A DNA stretch of 64,000 bases from assembly GCA_045806225.1 (NCBI GenBank), contig JBJMJS010000132.1, forward strand, positions 150 to 64,149. Reading direction: 5' to 3'. A model generated the notes under the pieces. It was not told where the DNA came from. It searched no databases and saw nothing but the letters and a program-made list of their open reading frames with translations. The position numbers and the translations under genes are program-made. Positions 27,210-36,780 of this stretch are shown here, in pieces. The DNA comes from Gaiellaceae bacterium. Its GTDB lineage: Bacteria > Actinomycetota > Thermoleophilia > Gaiellales > Gaiellaceae. Position 1 is the stretch's first letter; every line of letters begins with the position of its first letter.

Positions 27210-27632
27210 CTATCGCGCGTAGCGCCAGTTGATCGTCTGGGCGCCGTGCAGGCCGAGGCGATCGGCGAGCGCCTTCGTGATGTCGAAGCTGCGGCCGGGG
27301 ACGTCCGGCCCGCGGTCGACCACCTGCGTCAGCACTTCCTTGCCGCGGAAGCGGATGTAGATCTTCACGCCGCACGGGAGCACCGGGTGCGCAATCCCCT
27401 GGGTCGAAGAGGTGAACGGCTCGCCGCAGGCCGTGCGCGGGTGATTCGCCGTCGGGCCGTAGGGCGCCGCGCGTGCTGTGTAGTAGCCGTTGACGGTGCC
27501 GGGGACGGGAACCGCGCCCGGAATCGTGTGGCCGCCGCCGGCGTCTCGGCGCGCGAGCGCGAGGGCCGCGACCGCGACGATCAACGTGATCGCGGCGAGC
27601 CACCCGACGCGCTGCAGGCTCGACGGCGTCAC
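27210..27632 (-). CDS. RlpA-like double-psi beta-barrel (DPBB) protein, membrane-anchored
   Basis: C-terminal 140 aa of ORF 27210..27818, from a GTG overlapping the upstream stop (GTGA). TM WLAAITLIVAVAALALA, then TACGEPFTSSTQGIAHPVLPCGVKIYIRFRGKEVLTQVVDRGP...FDITKALADRLG, typical of the RlpA/expansin-like DPBB fold. Confidence 0.7.
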   Translation of the reverse strand: MTPSSLQRVGWLAAITLIVAVAALALARRDAGGGHTIPGAVPVPGTVNGYYTARAAPYGPTANHPRTACGEPFTSSTQGIAHPVLPCGVKIYIRFRGKEVLTQVVDRGPDVPGRSFDITKALADRLGLHGAQTINWRYAR

Positions 27633-28363
27633 GAATGGACGCCGTCGAGCACATCCGCGAACGATTCGCGCACGACGGTGTCGAAGTCGGCGGGAAGGAT
27701 CCCGTCGGCGTTCGCGAAGTCGCGCAGATACATGAGGATGTAGCTCCGCTCCTCGTCGCGGCCGACGTCTCCGCCGGCGCTGTTCCGCGCGAGGCGCTCG
27801 AGGTCCCAGAGGTTCCACTCGCGCGGTGCGGTGGCGCGGGCCGCGATCGACACGACCTGCGGCTGCGCGTCTGACGGCGCAGGGGCGACGACGACCGGCT
27901 CGGGCACGGGAGGCGGCGGCGGGGCGACGGCGACGCGCGGCTGGGTCGGCAGCGGCTCGGCCGGCGAGTCCGGCTGCTCGGGCGCCGGGTCGGGCTCGTG
28001 CTCCGGCTCGGGTACCGGCGTCGGCGTGACGTCCGGCTCAGGCGCCGGCTGCGGCTCCGGCTGCTGCGCTGCGGGCGATTCCTGCGCGGGTGCAGGCTGG
28101 GGCTTGTCGTCGCGACCCTGTGGTTCGGTCCAGACGCTCGTGGACGTGCCGGCCGGGGCTTCCGGCAACGGTGGGACGCCGGCGGACTGCGACCCCGGCC
28201 GCATTCGCGCCACGGTCCATTCGACCGTCGCGACGACGAACCATGCCGCTGCCATCACGAAGACGATCGTGAGCGTGCTGAGCCGCGCGACGCCCGCAAT
28301 CACGGCGACGGCGATCAGGAAACCGGCCTCGATCAGGAACCGGGGACCCAGTCCGATCGACAT
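27629..28363 (-). CDS. Membrane protein with a long Pro/Glu-rich linker and a small C-terminal domain
   Basis: 244 aa. Two N-terminal TMs, a ~100-aa PEPQPAPEP-type linker, and a C-terminal ~75-aa globular segment (REWNLWDLERLARN...YILMYLRDFANADG). Confidence 0.6.
   Translation of the reverse strand: MSIGLGPRFLIEAGFLIAVAVIAGVARLSTLTIVFVMAAAWFVVATVEWTVARMRPGSQSAGVPPLPEAPAGTSTSVWTEPQGRDDKPQPAPAQESPAAQQPEPQPAPEPDVTPTPVPEPEHEPDPAPEQPDSPAEPLPTQPRVAVAPPPPPVPEPVVVAPAPSDAQPQVVSIAARATAPREWNLWDLERLARNSAGGDVGRDEERSYILMYLRDFANADGILPADFDTVVRESFADVLDGVHS
27874..28177 (-). repeat. Low-complexity coding repeat (Pro/Glu/Ala-rich linker)
   Basis: Degenerate reiteration of ccggctc/gggctcg-type units that encode the P-E-P-A-P-Q linker of the 244-aa protein. 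Confidence 0.6.
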
Positions 28364-28372
28364 GACCGGATC

Positions 28373-29347
28373 CTACGGCGCGTGCTCGTCCGGCGAGTCG
28401 TCCTCGCCGGTCGTCGTCTCGGCAGCGGTCTCGGCCGCAGCGGGTGGTGAGACGGGAGGCTCGACGATGCCGGCTGCGGGCGTCGGCGGGGCGTCTTCGG
28501 TTTGCGGCACCGCGGCGGTGTCGTCGGCGCTCTCCGGCCCGGCGGCGCTCGTCGGCGAGCCCGGGGCTGCGGTCATCGCGGCTGCAGGGCGACTGGGCGC
28601 GGCCGGGGCCCGCGATCCCTCGGTGACGCTGTGCGCTGCGGCGACGATCGACTCGGCCACCCGCCCGATCTCCTCGTCGCCGAGGCCGGCAGCAGCGAGC
28701 AACTGCTCTGCGCCGGTCTGCGCGCGCTGGAGGATCGCTGCAGCCTGCGCCCGCGCCCACTCGAGCGTCTGCTCGACCTCGGCGCGCGCCGAGTTCGTCA
28801 GCTCCGTCGCCTGGTGGCGGGACTGCTCGAGCATCCGGCTGCCGCGCGCTTCGGCTTCGCGTAGCTCCTGGGTCGCCTCGCGGTTCGCGTTCGCGAGCAG
28901 CTCACGCGCCTCGTTGCGGGCGTTGTTCAGCAGCTCGGCGCGCTGGCGCTCGCTCTCGGTCCGGTAGCGCTCGACCTCGGTCTCGCGCTCCTGCACCTCG
29001 CGGCGCCGGCGCCGGACCTCCTCCTCGGTCTTCTGGAGCTGCGTCTCCGACGCCTTCTGTGCGTCACGCTCGACCGTGTCGGCGAACTCCGAGGCAGAGC
29101 GGATCAGATGCAGTGCGTCCATTCGTACCGCGTGCCCTGTCGCCTCGACCTGCTGGGATCCGCCGCGCGAAGCGGCCTGCAAGACGCGCAGCTGCGCCTG
29201 CAATTGCGCGGTGTGGCGGCGGAACGACTCGAACGCTTCCGCGACGCGGTCGGCGTCGTACCCGCCGTCCTGCGACTGCGGCAGGTCTTCGAGCCGTGGC
29301 AGCGAGGTCAGTCCGGGAGGTGTGCGGCTGGGATCTTGTGTCGACAT
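28373..29347 (-). CDS. DivIVA-domain coiled-coil protein
   Basis: ORF 28373..29476; the ATG at 29347 gives MSTQDPSRTPPGL...DGGYDADRVAEAFESFRRHTAQLQAQL (DivIVA N-terminal GYD..V pattern). This is followed by a ~200-aa coiled coil and an Ala/Pro/Thr-rich acidic tail. Confidence 0.6.
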   Translation of the reverse strand: MSTQDPSRTPPGLTSLPRLEDLPQSQDGGYDADRVAEAFESFRRHTAQLQAQLRVLQAASRGGSQQVEATGHAVRMDALHLIRSASEFADTVERDAQKASETQLQKTEEEVRRRRREVQERETEVERYRTESERQRAELLNNARNEARELLANANREATQELREAEARGSRMLEQSRHQATELTNSARAEVEQTLEWARAQAAAILQRAQTGAEQLLAAAGLGDEEIGRVAESIVAAAHSVTEGSRAPAAPSRPAAAMTAAPGSPTSAAGPESADDTAAVPQTEDAPPTPAAGIVEPPVSPPAAAETAAETTTGEDDSPDEHAP

Positions 29348-29381
29348 CGGTCGAACCAGTATGCCCCTTTCATCGGGCGGA

Positions 29382-31127
29382 TCAGCTCTGCGCTTGAGGA
29401 CGAAGTTGGATTCCAAGCTCGGCCAGCCGTTCCTGCGTCGTCGCCGCAGGCGCGCCGGTGAGCGGATCGGACCCACTCGCGGTCTTCGGGAACGGAATCA
29501 CCTCGCGGATGTTCGACTCGCCCGCGAACAGAGCGACGAAGCGCTCGATCCCGAGCGCGAAGCCGCCGTGCGGCGGGGCACCCATCCGCAGTGCTTCCAG
29601 GAACCAGCCGAACTTGGCGCGCCCCTCCTCTTCGGACATCCCCATTGCCCGAAAGACCTGCTCCTGGAGCTCCTGGCGGTGGATCCTGATCGAGCCTGAC
29701 CCGAGTTCCCAGCCGTTCCAGACCAGGTCGTAGTGCTGGCTGAGCGCATTTGCAGGATCGCGTTCGATCAGCTCCTCGTGGCCCTCGACCGGGCTCGTGA
29801 ACGGGTGGTGAACGAACGTCCACCGTCCGGTCTCGTCGTCGCGCTGGAACAGCGGAAAATCGAGGATCCACAGGACCTCGTCGCGAGTCTCGTCCACGAG
29901 GCCGAGCTCGGCGCCGAGGTGGAGCCGGAGAGCCCCGAGGACGCGCTCGACCATTGCCTGCGAATCGGCGGCGAAGAGCACCGTCGACCCTGGTTCGGCG
30001 CGGAACGCGTCCAGTTCGCGCTCGGACAGGAACTTCGCGATCGGGGACCGGACCTCCCCTGTCTCGTCGATCACGAGGTACGCGAGCCCTTTCGCCCCCC
30101 ACTCCTTCGCAAACTCTTCGAGTCGCCCGAGCTCGGCGCGCGAAAACGCCCGCGGTGCGACGACGTACCGAACCGTCGGCGCACCGGCGAAGACGCCGAA
30201 CTGCGAGTCGCGCGTGACTTCCGTCGCGTCCTGGATCTCAAGCGCAAACCGCACGTCCGGCTTGTCGGAGCCGTAGCGGAGCATCGCGTCCGCGTATCCC
30301 AGCCGCCGGAACGGACGGCGCGGCGGAGTGCGGCCGACGGCTTCGAACGATGCGACGACGACACGCTCGAGGACGTCGAGCACCTCGTCGCGCGTCGGAA
30401 ACGCGAGCTCGAGGTCGAGCTGGCGGAACTCGAACTGACGATCCGCGCGCAGGTCCTCGTCCCGCCAGCACGTGGCGATCTGGTAGTAGCGGTCGAGCCC
30501 GGCGACCATGAACAGCTGCTTGAAGAGCTGCGGCGACTGCGCAAGCGCGAAGAATCGGCCGGGCTGCAGCCGGACGGGGAGGAGGAAGTCGCGCGCGCCC
30601 TCGGGCGTACCGAGCGTCATGCTGGGTGTCCAGACGTCGATGAAGCCCTGCTCCTCCATCGAGCCGCGGATGGCGCGGATGATGTCGGCGGACAGCCGAA
30701 GATTCCGCTGCATCCGGTCGCGCCGGAGATCGAGGTAGCGGTAGCGGAGGCGCAGCGGCTCTTCGACGCCGTCGTCGTCGAGCTGGAACGGCAGCGGCTC
30801 CGAGCGCGAGACGATCTCGAGCGCGTCGAGCTGGATCTCGACCTCGCCCGTCGCGATGTTCGGGTTGACCGCATCAGGCCCGCGAAGGACGACTTCTCCC
30901 TCGCCGCGGAGCACGAACTCCGCTCGTACGTCGTGGGCGACGGTCGCCGTCTCCGGAGCACGCTCGGGATTCGCGACGAGCTGCACCGCCCCGGTGTGGT
31001 CGCGGAGGTCGATGAAGATCAGGCCACCGTGGTCGCGCCGCCGCGCCGCCCAGCCCGCAACGGTGACACGGCGCCCCGCATCGGCGGCGCGCAGCTCGCC
31101 GCAGTACAGGTCACGCCAGCCCGTCAT
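29382..31127 (-). CDS. aspS: Aspartate--tRNA ligase
   Basis: 581 aa from the ATG at 31127 (ATGA overlap with the hisS stop). GWAARRRDHGGLIFIDLRDHTG, FRDEDLRADRQ-like CWRDEDLRADRQFEFRQLD, GSIRIH, GGFALGIER. Confidence 0.95.
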   Translation of the reverse strand: MTGWRDLYCGELRAADAGRRVTVAGWAARRRDHGGLIFIDLRDHTGAVQLVANPERAPETATVAHDVRAEFVLRGEGEVVLRGPDAVNPNIATGEVEIQLDALEIVSRSEPLPFQLDDDGVEEPLRLRYRYLDLRRDRMQRNLRLSADIIRAIRGSMEEQGFIDVWTPSMTLGTPEGARDFLLPVRLQPGRFFALAQSPQLFKQLFMVAGLDRYYQIATCWRDEDLRADRQFEFRQLDLELAFPTRDEVLDVLERVVVASFEAVGRTPPRRPFRRLGYADAMLRYGSDKPDVRFALEIQDATEVTRDSQFGVFAGAPTVRYVVAPRAFSRAELGRLEEFAKEWGAKGLAYLVIDETGEVRSPIAKFLSERELDAFRAEPGSTVLFAADSQAMVERVLGALRLHLGAELGLVDETRDEVLWILDFPLFQRDDETGRWTFVHHPFTSPVEGHEELIERDPANALSQHYDLVWNGWELGSGSIRIHRQELQEQVFRAMGMSEEEGRAKFGWFLEALRMGAPPHGGFALGIERFVALFAGESNIREVIPFPKTASGSDPLTGAPAATTQERLAELGIQLRPQAQS

Positions 31128-32353
31128 CCGGCGATCCTGTCGACGAGGCCGTCGAGGGGCGTCGTCCAGTCGTCCTTGCCCTGCTCGCGGACGGTCGCGC
31201 TCCCGCCGTCGACGATCACGGTCCACCCCGCGCCGAGCCGGCCGGCCTGCGTGATCTGTCCCTTGAGGGACCGCGCTGCGTAGTCCATGTCGGCGCGAAG
31301 GCCGCGCCGGCGGAGCTCCGCGAGCAGCGGGACGATCCGCCGCCGGTCGACGTGTGCGTCAACGACGAAGAAGACGTCGACCCCGTCGGCAGCGCGCGTG
31401 TCGCCGCGGATCGACAGCAACAGGCGCTCGATACCGGCGCCGAACCCGATCCCCGGCGTCGGCTTGCCGCCGATCGCCTCGATCAACCCGTCGTACCTGC
31501 CGCCGCCGCAGATCGTGTCCTTCGCGCCGATCGCCTCGTCCTTGAACTCGAACGTCGTCCGCGTGTAGTAGTCGAGCCCGCGCACGAGCGTCGGCATGAG
31601 CTCGTAGCGAATGCCGTACGCATCGAGCAGCGCGCGCACCTCCGCGAAGTGCTCGCGGCATGCGTCGCACAGCGACTCGCCGATCTTCGGTGCGCCGTGG
31701 AGCAGTGCCTGTACGCGCGGGCTCTTGACGTCGAAGACGCGAAGCGGCGTCGTCCGCCGTTTTGCCCGCGCCTCGTCGTCGAGGCCGTCCTCGTGCTCGT
31801 CGAGCCACGCGGACAGCCGCTCGACGTACGCCGGGCGGCAGTTCGCGTCGCCGATCGAGTTGAGCTCGAGCACGTAGCCCACGGCGCCGATCCGGCGCAG
31901 CAGCTCTGCATAGAGCTGGATCACTTCCGCGTCGACGGCCGGGTCGTCGCTGCCGATCGCCTCGACGGACAGCTGCCAGTGCTCGCGGTAGCGCCCACGC
32001 TGCGGCCGGTCGTACCGCCACATCGGCCCCGTCGTGTACAGCTTCTGAGGCTGCGGTTCACGTTGCAGTCCGTGCTCCAGGTACGCGCGGCAGATCGGCG
32101 CGGTCGCCTCCGGACGCAGCGTGAGCGACCGGCCGCCGCGGTCCTCGAACGTGTACGTCTCCTTCTGCACCACGTCGGAGCCGCCGCCCGACGTGCGGAC
32201 GATCAGGTCGGTGTCCTCGAAACCGGGCGTGTCGATGCGGCGGTAGCCGTACAGGCGGCACACATCCTCCATCTCGCCCCGCACCCACTTCCAGTGCGGC
32301 TGGTCTGCGGGAAGGATGTCGTGCGTTCCGCGCGGCGCCTCGAAGCGCGTCAC
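31124..32353 (-). CDS. hisS: Histidine--tRNA ligase
   Basis: 409 aa. APRGTHDILP, MWRYDRPQRGRYREHWQ, GGGRYDGL, GFGAGIERL. Confidence 0.95.
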   Translation of the reverse strand: MTRFEAPRGTHDILPADQPHWKWVRGEMEDVCRLYGYRRIDTPGFEDTDLIVRTSGGGSDVVQKETYTFEDRGGRSLTLRPEATAPICRAYLEHGLQREPQPQKLYTTGPMWRYDRPQRGRYREHWQLSVEAIGSDDPAVDAEVIQLYAELLRRIGAVGYVLELNSIGDANCRPAYVERLSAWLDEHEDGLDDEARAKRRTTPLRVFDVKSPRVQALLHGAPKIGESLCDACREHFAEVRALLDAYGIRYELMPTLVRGLDYYTRTTFEFKDEAIGAKDTICGGGRYDGLIEAIGGKPTPGIGFGAGIERLLLSIRGDTRAADGVDVFFVVDAHVDRRRIVPLLAELRRRGLRADMDYAARSLKGQITQAGRLGAGWTVIVDGGSATVREQGKDDWTTPLDGLVDRIAG

Positions 32354-32985
32354 GCGCGCAGCTCCGCGAGGAACGGATTGCGCGCGAGCTCGGCGCCGAG
32401 CGTTGTCTCGGGCCCGTGTCCGGAGTACACGACGGTGTCCGCCGGGAAACGGTCGGCGAGCGCCTTGATCGACTCGACGAGCGTGTCCCAGTCGGCGCCG
32501 GGCAGATCCGTGCGCCCGACCGAGCCCGCGAACAGCACATCGCCCGAAAAGAGCGCGCCGTCGGTGAAGTACGCGAGATGCGCCGGCGAGTGTCCCGGGA
32601 CGCGGACGGTCTCGAATGTCATGCCCGCAAGCTCGAGCGTCTCGTCGCCGTCCAGGAGGACCTCGGGCGTGTACGCGCGGAGGCGGACCCCATTCGGGAC
32701 GAAGCTGTTGACGTCTTCGAGCAGTGGCTTCTCGTCCTCGGCCATGTGCACCGGCGCCCCGGTCGCCTCGGCAAGGTCGGCGACGCCGCCGAGGTGATCC
32801 CAGTGGCCGTGCGTGATCAGGATCGCGACCGGCCGGGCCCCCGTCTGTGCGAGATCGAGCCGCAACTGCGCGACGTCGCCGCCCGGGTCGACGACGACCG
32901 CTTCGTGGGCGTCGCGGGCTGCGCGGACGACGTAGCAGTTCGTGCCGATCGGCCCGAGCTCGTAACGGTCGACAACCGGCGGCAT
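32350..32985 (-). CDS. MBL-fold hydrolase (glyoxalase II/YcbL-like)
   Basis: 211 aa from the ATG at 32985. ILITHGHWDHLGG (intact HxHxDH), VPGHSPAH, GDVLFAGSVGRTD. 4-nt overlap with hisS, as in the hisS-glyoxalase II synteny of actinobacteria. Confidence 0.85.
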   Translation of the reverse strand: MPPVVDRYELGPIGTNCYVVRAARDAHEAVVVDPGGDVAQLRLDLAQTGARPVAILITHGHWDHLGGVADLAEATGAPVHMAEDEKPLLEDVNSFVPNGVRLRAYTPEVLLDGDETLELAGMTFETVRVPGHSPAHLAYFTDGALFSGDVLFAGSVGRTDLPGADWDTLVESIKALADRFPADTVVYSGHGPETTLGAELARNPFLAELRA

Positions 32986-33020
32986 GAGGCGTTTGAGTCT
33001 AGCGACGGGCCGGTAAGCAC

Positions 33021-33368
33021 TTGCGCATGCAGATGTGGAACCTCGTCGACCTCGACGCACCTGCCGGCACGCGCGATCCGATCGTCTTGCACTCCGGTGA
33101 CGGCGCACGCGCGGTGATGATCCGACTCGATCCCGGACAGTCACTCGGCGACCACGAGGTCAAGGAACGCGCTTGGGTGACGGTCATCGAGGGCGAGCTA
33201 CGCGCGACGTCGGCCTCGGACGAGCAGCGGTGCGGCGTCGGCACGCTGATCACATTCGATCCGTCGGAACGGCACTCGCTCGTCAGCGACGGGGGTGCGC
33301 GGATCCTGCTGCTGCTCGCGCCGTGGCCGGGCGAGGGCCACTACCGGGGCGAGACGAAAGCTCCGTAG
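33021..33368 (+). CDS. Small cupin-domain protein
   Basis: 115 aa (TTG at 33021 or ATG at 33027). LGDHEVKERAWVTVIEGEL and DPSERHSL cupin-like motifs. Confidence 0.55.
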   Translation: MRMQMWNLVDLDAPAGTRDPIVLHSGDGARAVMIRLDPGQSLGDHEVKERAWVTVIEGELRATSASDEQRCGVGTLITFDPSERHSLVSDGGARILLLLAPWPGEGHYRGETKAP

Positions 33369-33371
33369 CGC

Positions 33372-33827
33372 CTACGGCTTCGCGCCGCGCGCGCTCTTCG
33401 GCTTCGGATCGACGCGGTCGACCCGCTTCTTGTACATCTTGTAGGCCATCGAGTCGGTGAAGTAGCTGAACGGCAGGAAGAACGCGAGCATCACGACTGC
33501 CGGCACGATCCGCTGGCCAGCCGGGAGGTTCCGGTTGAGCAGGAACATCGCGACCACGAGCACCGGTCCGATCATCAGCGCGCGGCGTCCGACGCGACGC
33601 CACGACGGCGGCTCGATCACGCGCCCCGAACGGCCCGTGCGTGCCGGTGCGCGTCCGTTCTTGGCGGCCGTCCCCTTGCCGTCGCGTGTTTGCGCGCGGT
33701 CGGTCTTGGCGCCCTTCAACTCGGCGGGATCGACCTCGACTTCCTCGCCCGAGTCGTCGACGTAGACGTACTCCCACTCGTGGCGGCGCGACTTCTGCTG
33801 CCGGCGCCGCTGTTTTCTCGTCGGCAT
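33372..33827 (-). CDS. Small membrane protein with a highly basic N-terminus (hypothetical)
   Basis: C-terminal 151 aa of ORF 33372..34844. MPTRKQRRRQQKSRRHEWEYVYVDDSGEEVEV..., two TMs (MIGPVLVVAMFLL, VPAVVMLAFFLPF) and a basic tail. It lies 5 nt downstream of hutI. Confidence 0.5.
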   Translation of the reverse strand: MPTRKQRRRQQKSRRHEWEYVYVDDSGEEVEVDPAELKGAKTDRAQTRDGKGTAAKNGRAPARTGRSGRVIEPPSWRRVGRRALMIGPVLVVAMFLLNRNLPAGQRIVPAVVMLAFFLPFSYFTDSMAYKMYKKRVDRVDPKPKSARGAKP

Positions 33828-33832
33828 CGCGC

Positions 33833-35068
33833 CTAGCCTAGCTCGGCGCGGGCTCCGGCCACGACCACGTCCGCCACGATCGGGCCGCCGAGGTGGTAGG
33901 CCAGATATCGCCAATCGGGTGCATCGAGCAGCACGACGTCGGCCGTGTAGCCGACCGCGAGCCGCCCGATCCGGTCCGCTCGCCCGACGACGTGCGCCGC
34001 GTTGAGCGTGCACGCGGTCAGCGCTTCCGCCGGACCGAGCCCGAGCTGGGTCGCCGCAAGCGCGCACACGAGCGGCAAGCTCTCGCAGAACGCGCTGCCT
34101 GGGTTGAAGTCGGTCGCGAGGGCGATCGCCGCGCCGGCATCGACGAGCGCGCGCGCCGGCGGCATCGGGCGCGCGAGGAAGAGCGCGCTCGCAGGCAGCA
34201 GAACGCCGACGACCTCGCTTCGTGCCAGCGCTCGCACACCGTCTTCCCCCGTCGCTTCGAGATGGTCGACCGACCTTGCGCGGAGCTCGACCGCGAGCGG
34301 GATCGCGCCGCGCTCGGTGAACTGGTCGCCATGGAGCCGTACGGTCAACCCGGCGTCGCGACATGCCGTGAGGTACCGGCGCGCCTGGCCGGCATCGAAC
34401 GCGCCGCGCTCGACGAAGACGTCCGCAGCTTCCGCGAGCCGCGCAGCGTCGGGCAGCACCTCGCGCAGTGCGAACTCCACGTACGCGTTCGCGCCGTCGA
34501 ACTCCGGCGGGACCGCATGGGCGCCGAGCCACGTCGCCACACCGCCCGCGGTGCGAATCGCGCGGAGCGATGCGAGCTCCGTCTCGCGGTCGAGGCCGTA
34601 TCCGGACTTCGCCTCGAACGTCGTCGTGCCGGAACGGAGCATCCAGCCGCGATGCCGCTCGACCGCGGCGACGAGCTCGTCCTCGGTCGCCGCGCGCGTC
34701 GCCGTGACCGTCGACATGATCCCGCCGCCCTGCGCGTGGAGCTCCTCGTACGTCGCACCGGCCGCACGGAGCGAGAACTCGTCGACGCGGTCCCCGGCGA
34801 AGCATGCGTGCGTATGGCAGTCGACGAGGCCCGGGATCGCGCACCGTCCTCGCCCGTCGAGCTCGACGACGTCGCCGTCGAGCGCGCGGAGCTCACGCAT
34901 CGGGCCGACGCCGACGATCTCCTCGCCCTCGCAGAGGATGAACGCGTCCTCGAGCACGTCGACCCTGCCGAGCTCGGCGCCGCGCGCCGGAACGACGGTG
35001 GCCGCCGGGGTGACGAGTTGCGCGAGGTCACGGATCAGGAGCCGGCCGGCGCCGGCCGCGTCGGTCAT
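33833..35068 (-). CDS. hutI: Imidazolonepropionase
   Basis: 411 aa from the ATG at 35068 (ATGA overlap with the hutU stop). [21 protein letters not shown]-like [25 protein letters not shown]. Confidence 0.9.
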   Translation of the reverse strand: MTDAAGAGRLLIRDLAQLVTPAATVVPARGAELGRVDVLEDAFILCEGEEIVGVGPMRELRALDGDVVELDGRGRCAIPGLVDCHTHACFAGDRVDEFSLRAAGATYEELHAQGGGIMSTVTATRAATEDELVAAVERHRGWMLRSGTTTFEAKSGYGLDRETELASLRAIRTAGGVATWLGAHAVPPEFDGANAYVEFALREVLPDAARLAEAADVFVERGAFDAGQARRYLTACRDAGLTVRLHGDQFTERGAIPLAVELRARSVDHLEATGEDGVRALARSEVVGVLLPASALFLARPMPPARALVDAGAAIALATDFNPGSAFCESLPLVCALAATQLGLGPAEALTACTLNAAHVVGRADRIGRLAVGYTADVVLLDAPDWRYLAYHLGGPIVADVVVAGARAELG

Positions 35069-36780
35069 CCCGTGGAGTCGTGGTGCTGCATCGGCAGCCG
35101 CACGTCGTGCTGCGCGGCAGCCGCGAGCGCCTCGGGATAGCCGGCGTCGGCGTGCCGGATGACACCGGTCCCCGGGTCCGCCGTCAGCACGCGCTCCAGA
35201 CGCTCCGCCATCTCGTCGGTGCCGTCGGCGACGACCACCATGCCGGCGTGGATCGCGTTGCCGATGCCGACACCGCCGCCGTGATGGACGCTGACCCACG
35301 TCGCGCCGGCCGCGACGTTCAGCAGTGCGTTCAGGATCGGCCAGTCGGCGATCGCGTCCGATCCGTCGCGCATCGCCTCGGTCTCGCGGTACGGCGAGGC
35401 AACCGAGCCGCTATCGAGGTGATCGCGGCCGATCACGACCGGCGCCTTCACCTCGCCGCTGCGGACGAGGTCGTTGATCGCGAGCCCAGCCTTCGCTCGG
35501 TCGCCATAGCCGAGCCAGCAGATACGGGACGGCAGTCCCTGGAACGCAACCCGCTCGGGCGCGAGCGCGAGCCACCGCTGAAGGAGCACGTCGTCCGGAA
35601 AAAGCTCCTTGAGCGCACCGTCGATGGCGGCGATATCGGACGGGTCGCCCGACAATGCAGCCCACCTGAACGGCCCGACTCCGCGGCAGAACAACGGGCG
35701 GATATAGGCCGGGACGAAGCCCGGGTATGAGAACGCCTCCGCTAGCCCACCTTCACGGGCCTCACCCCTGAGGTTGTTGCCATAATCGAAAACATAGCTC
35801 CCTCGGCGGACGTACTCGAGCAGCCCCTCGACGTGCGCGACGATCGACGCGCGCGCGCGTCCGAGGTACGTGTCCGCGTCGGACGAGCGCAACGCCGCAG
35901 CCTCTTCGACCGTCATGCCGGCCGGGATGTAGCCCGTCAGCGGGTCGTGCGCGGCCGTCTGGTCGGTGACGAGGTCGAACTGCTCGCCGCGGCGCGCGAG
36001 CTCGGGGACGATCTCCGCCGCGTTGCCGACGACCGCGACAGACAGCGGTCGGCGTTCTGCGGCCGCAGTGCGGACGCGCGCGAGCGCTTCGTCGAGTGAA
36101 TCGGTCGCCTCGTCGAGGTAGCGTGTCGCGAGCCGCCGCTCGACGCGCGACGGATCCACCTCGATGCAGAGCATCGCCGCGCCGGCCATCGTCGCCGCAA
36201 GTGGTTGCGCGCCGCCCATCCCGCCGAGGCCGGCCGTGAGGATGGTGCGCCCGGCGAGGTCCGGCGAGCCGAAGTGCTTCTCCCCTGCGGCCGCGAACGT
36301 CTGGTACGTCCCCTGCAGAATCCCCTGCGTGCCGATGTAGATCCAGGATCCGGCCGTCATCTGGCCGAACATCGTCAGTCCCTCCGCCTCGAGCCGCCGG
36401 AACTCGTCCCACGTCGCCCACTTGGGGACGAGCAGAGCGTTCGCGATCAGCACACGGGGCGCGGACGGGTGCGTCCGGAAAACGCCGACCGGTTTGCCGC
36501 TCTGCACGAGTAGCGTCTCGTCGTCGCGAAGGTCGAGCAGAGACGCGACGATCGCCCGTAGCGCCTCCGGGTTGCGTGCAGCTTTCCCGGAGCCGCCGTA
36601 CACGATCAGTTCCTCCGGATGCTCCGCGACGTCGGGATCGAGGTTGTTGAGCAACATCCGAAGCGGCGCCTCCGTCGACCACGAGCGCGCGTTCAGCTCG
36701 GTGCCGCGCGGTGCATGGATCGCGCGGAGATCGCCGCACAGAGACTCCACGAGCCCGGGGATAGAGCGGGCGACGCTCAC
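35065..36780 (-). CDS. hutU: Urocanate hydratase
   Basis: 571 aa from the GTG at 36780 (GTGA overlap with the hutH stop). [59 protein letters not shown]. The remainder of the 996-aa track ORF is artefact. Confidence 0.9.
   Translation of the reverse strand: MSVARSIPGLVESLCGDLRAIHAPRGTELNARSWSTEAPLRMLLNNLDPDVAEHPEELIVYGGSGKAARNPEALRAIVASLLDLRDDETLLVQSGKPVGVFRTHPSAPRVLIANALLVPKWATWDEFRRLEAEGLTMFGQMTAGSWIYIGTQGILQGTYQTFAAAGEKHFGSPDLAGRTILTAGLGGMGGAQPLAATMAGAAMLCIEVDPSRVERRLATRYLDEATDSLDEALARVRTAAAERRPLSVAVVGNAAEIVPELARRGEQFDLVTDQTAAHDPLTGYIPAGMTVEEAAALRSSDADTYLGRARASIVAHVEGLLEYVRRGSYVFDYGNNLRGEAREGGLAEAFSYPGFVPAYIRPLFCRGVGPFRWAALSGDPSDIAAIDGALKELFPDDVLLQRWLALAPERVAFQGLPSRICWLGYGDRAKAGLAINDLVRSGEVKAPVVIGRDHLDSGSVASPYRETEAMRDGSDAIADWPILNALLNVAAGATWVSVHHGGGVGIGNAIHAGMVVVADGTDEMAERLERVLTADPGTGVIRHADAGYPEALAAAAQHDVRLPMQHHDSTG

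Noticed and set aside
27874-28177. Reiterated short GC-rich units that could suggest a repeat array.
   Set aside because: The units are degenerate with no unique spacers, and they lie in frame inside a CDS, where they encode a Pro/Glu-rich linker. This is not CRISPR-like.
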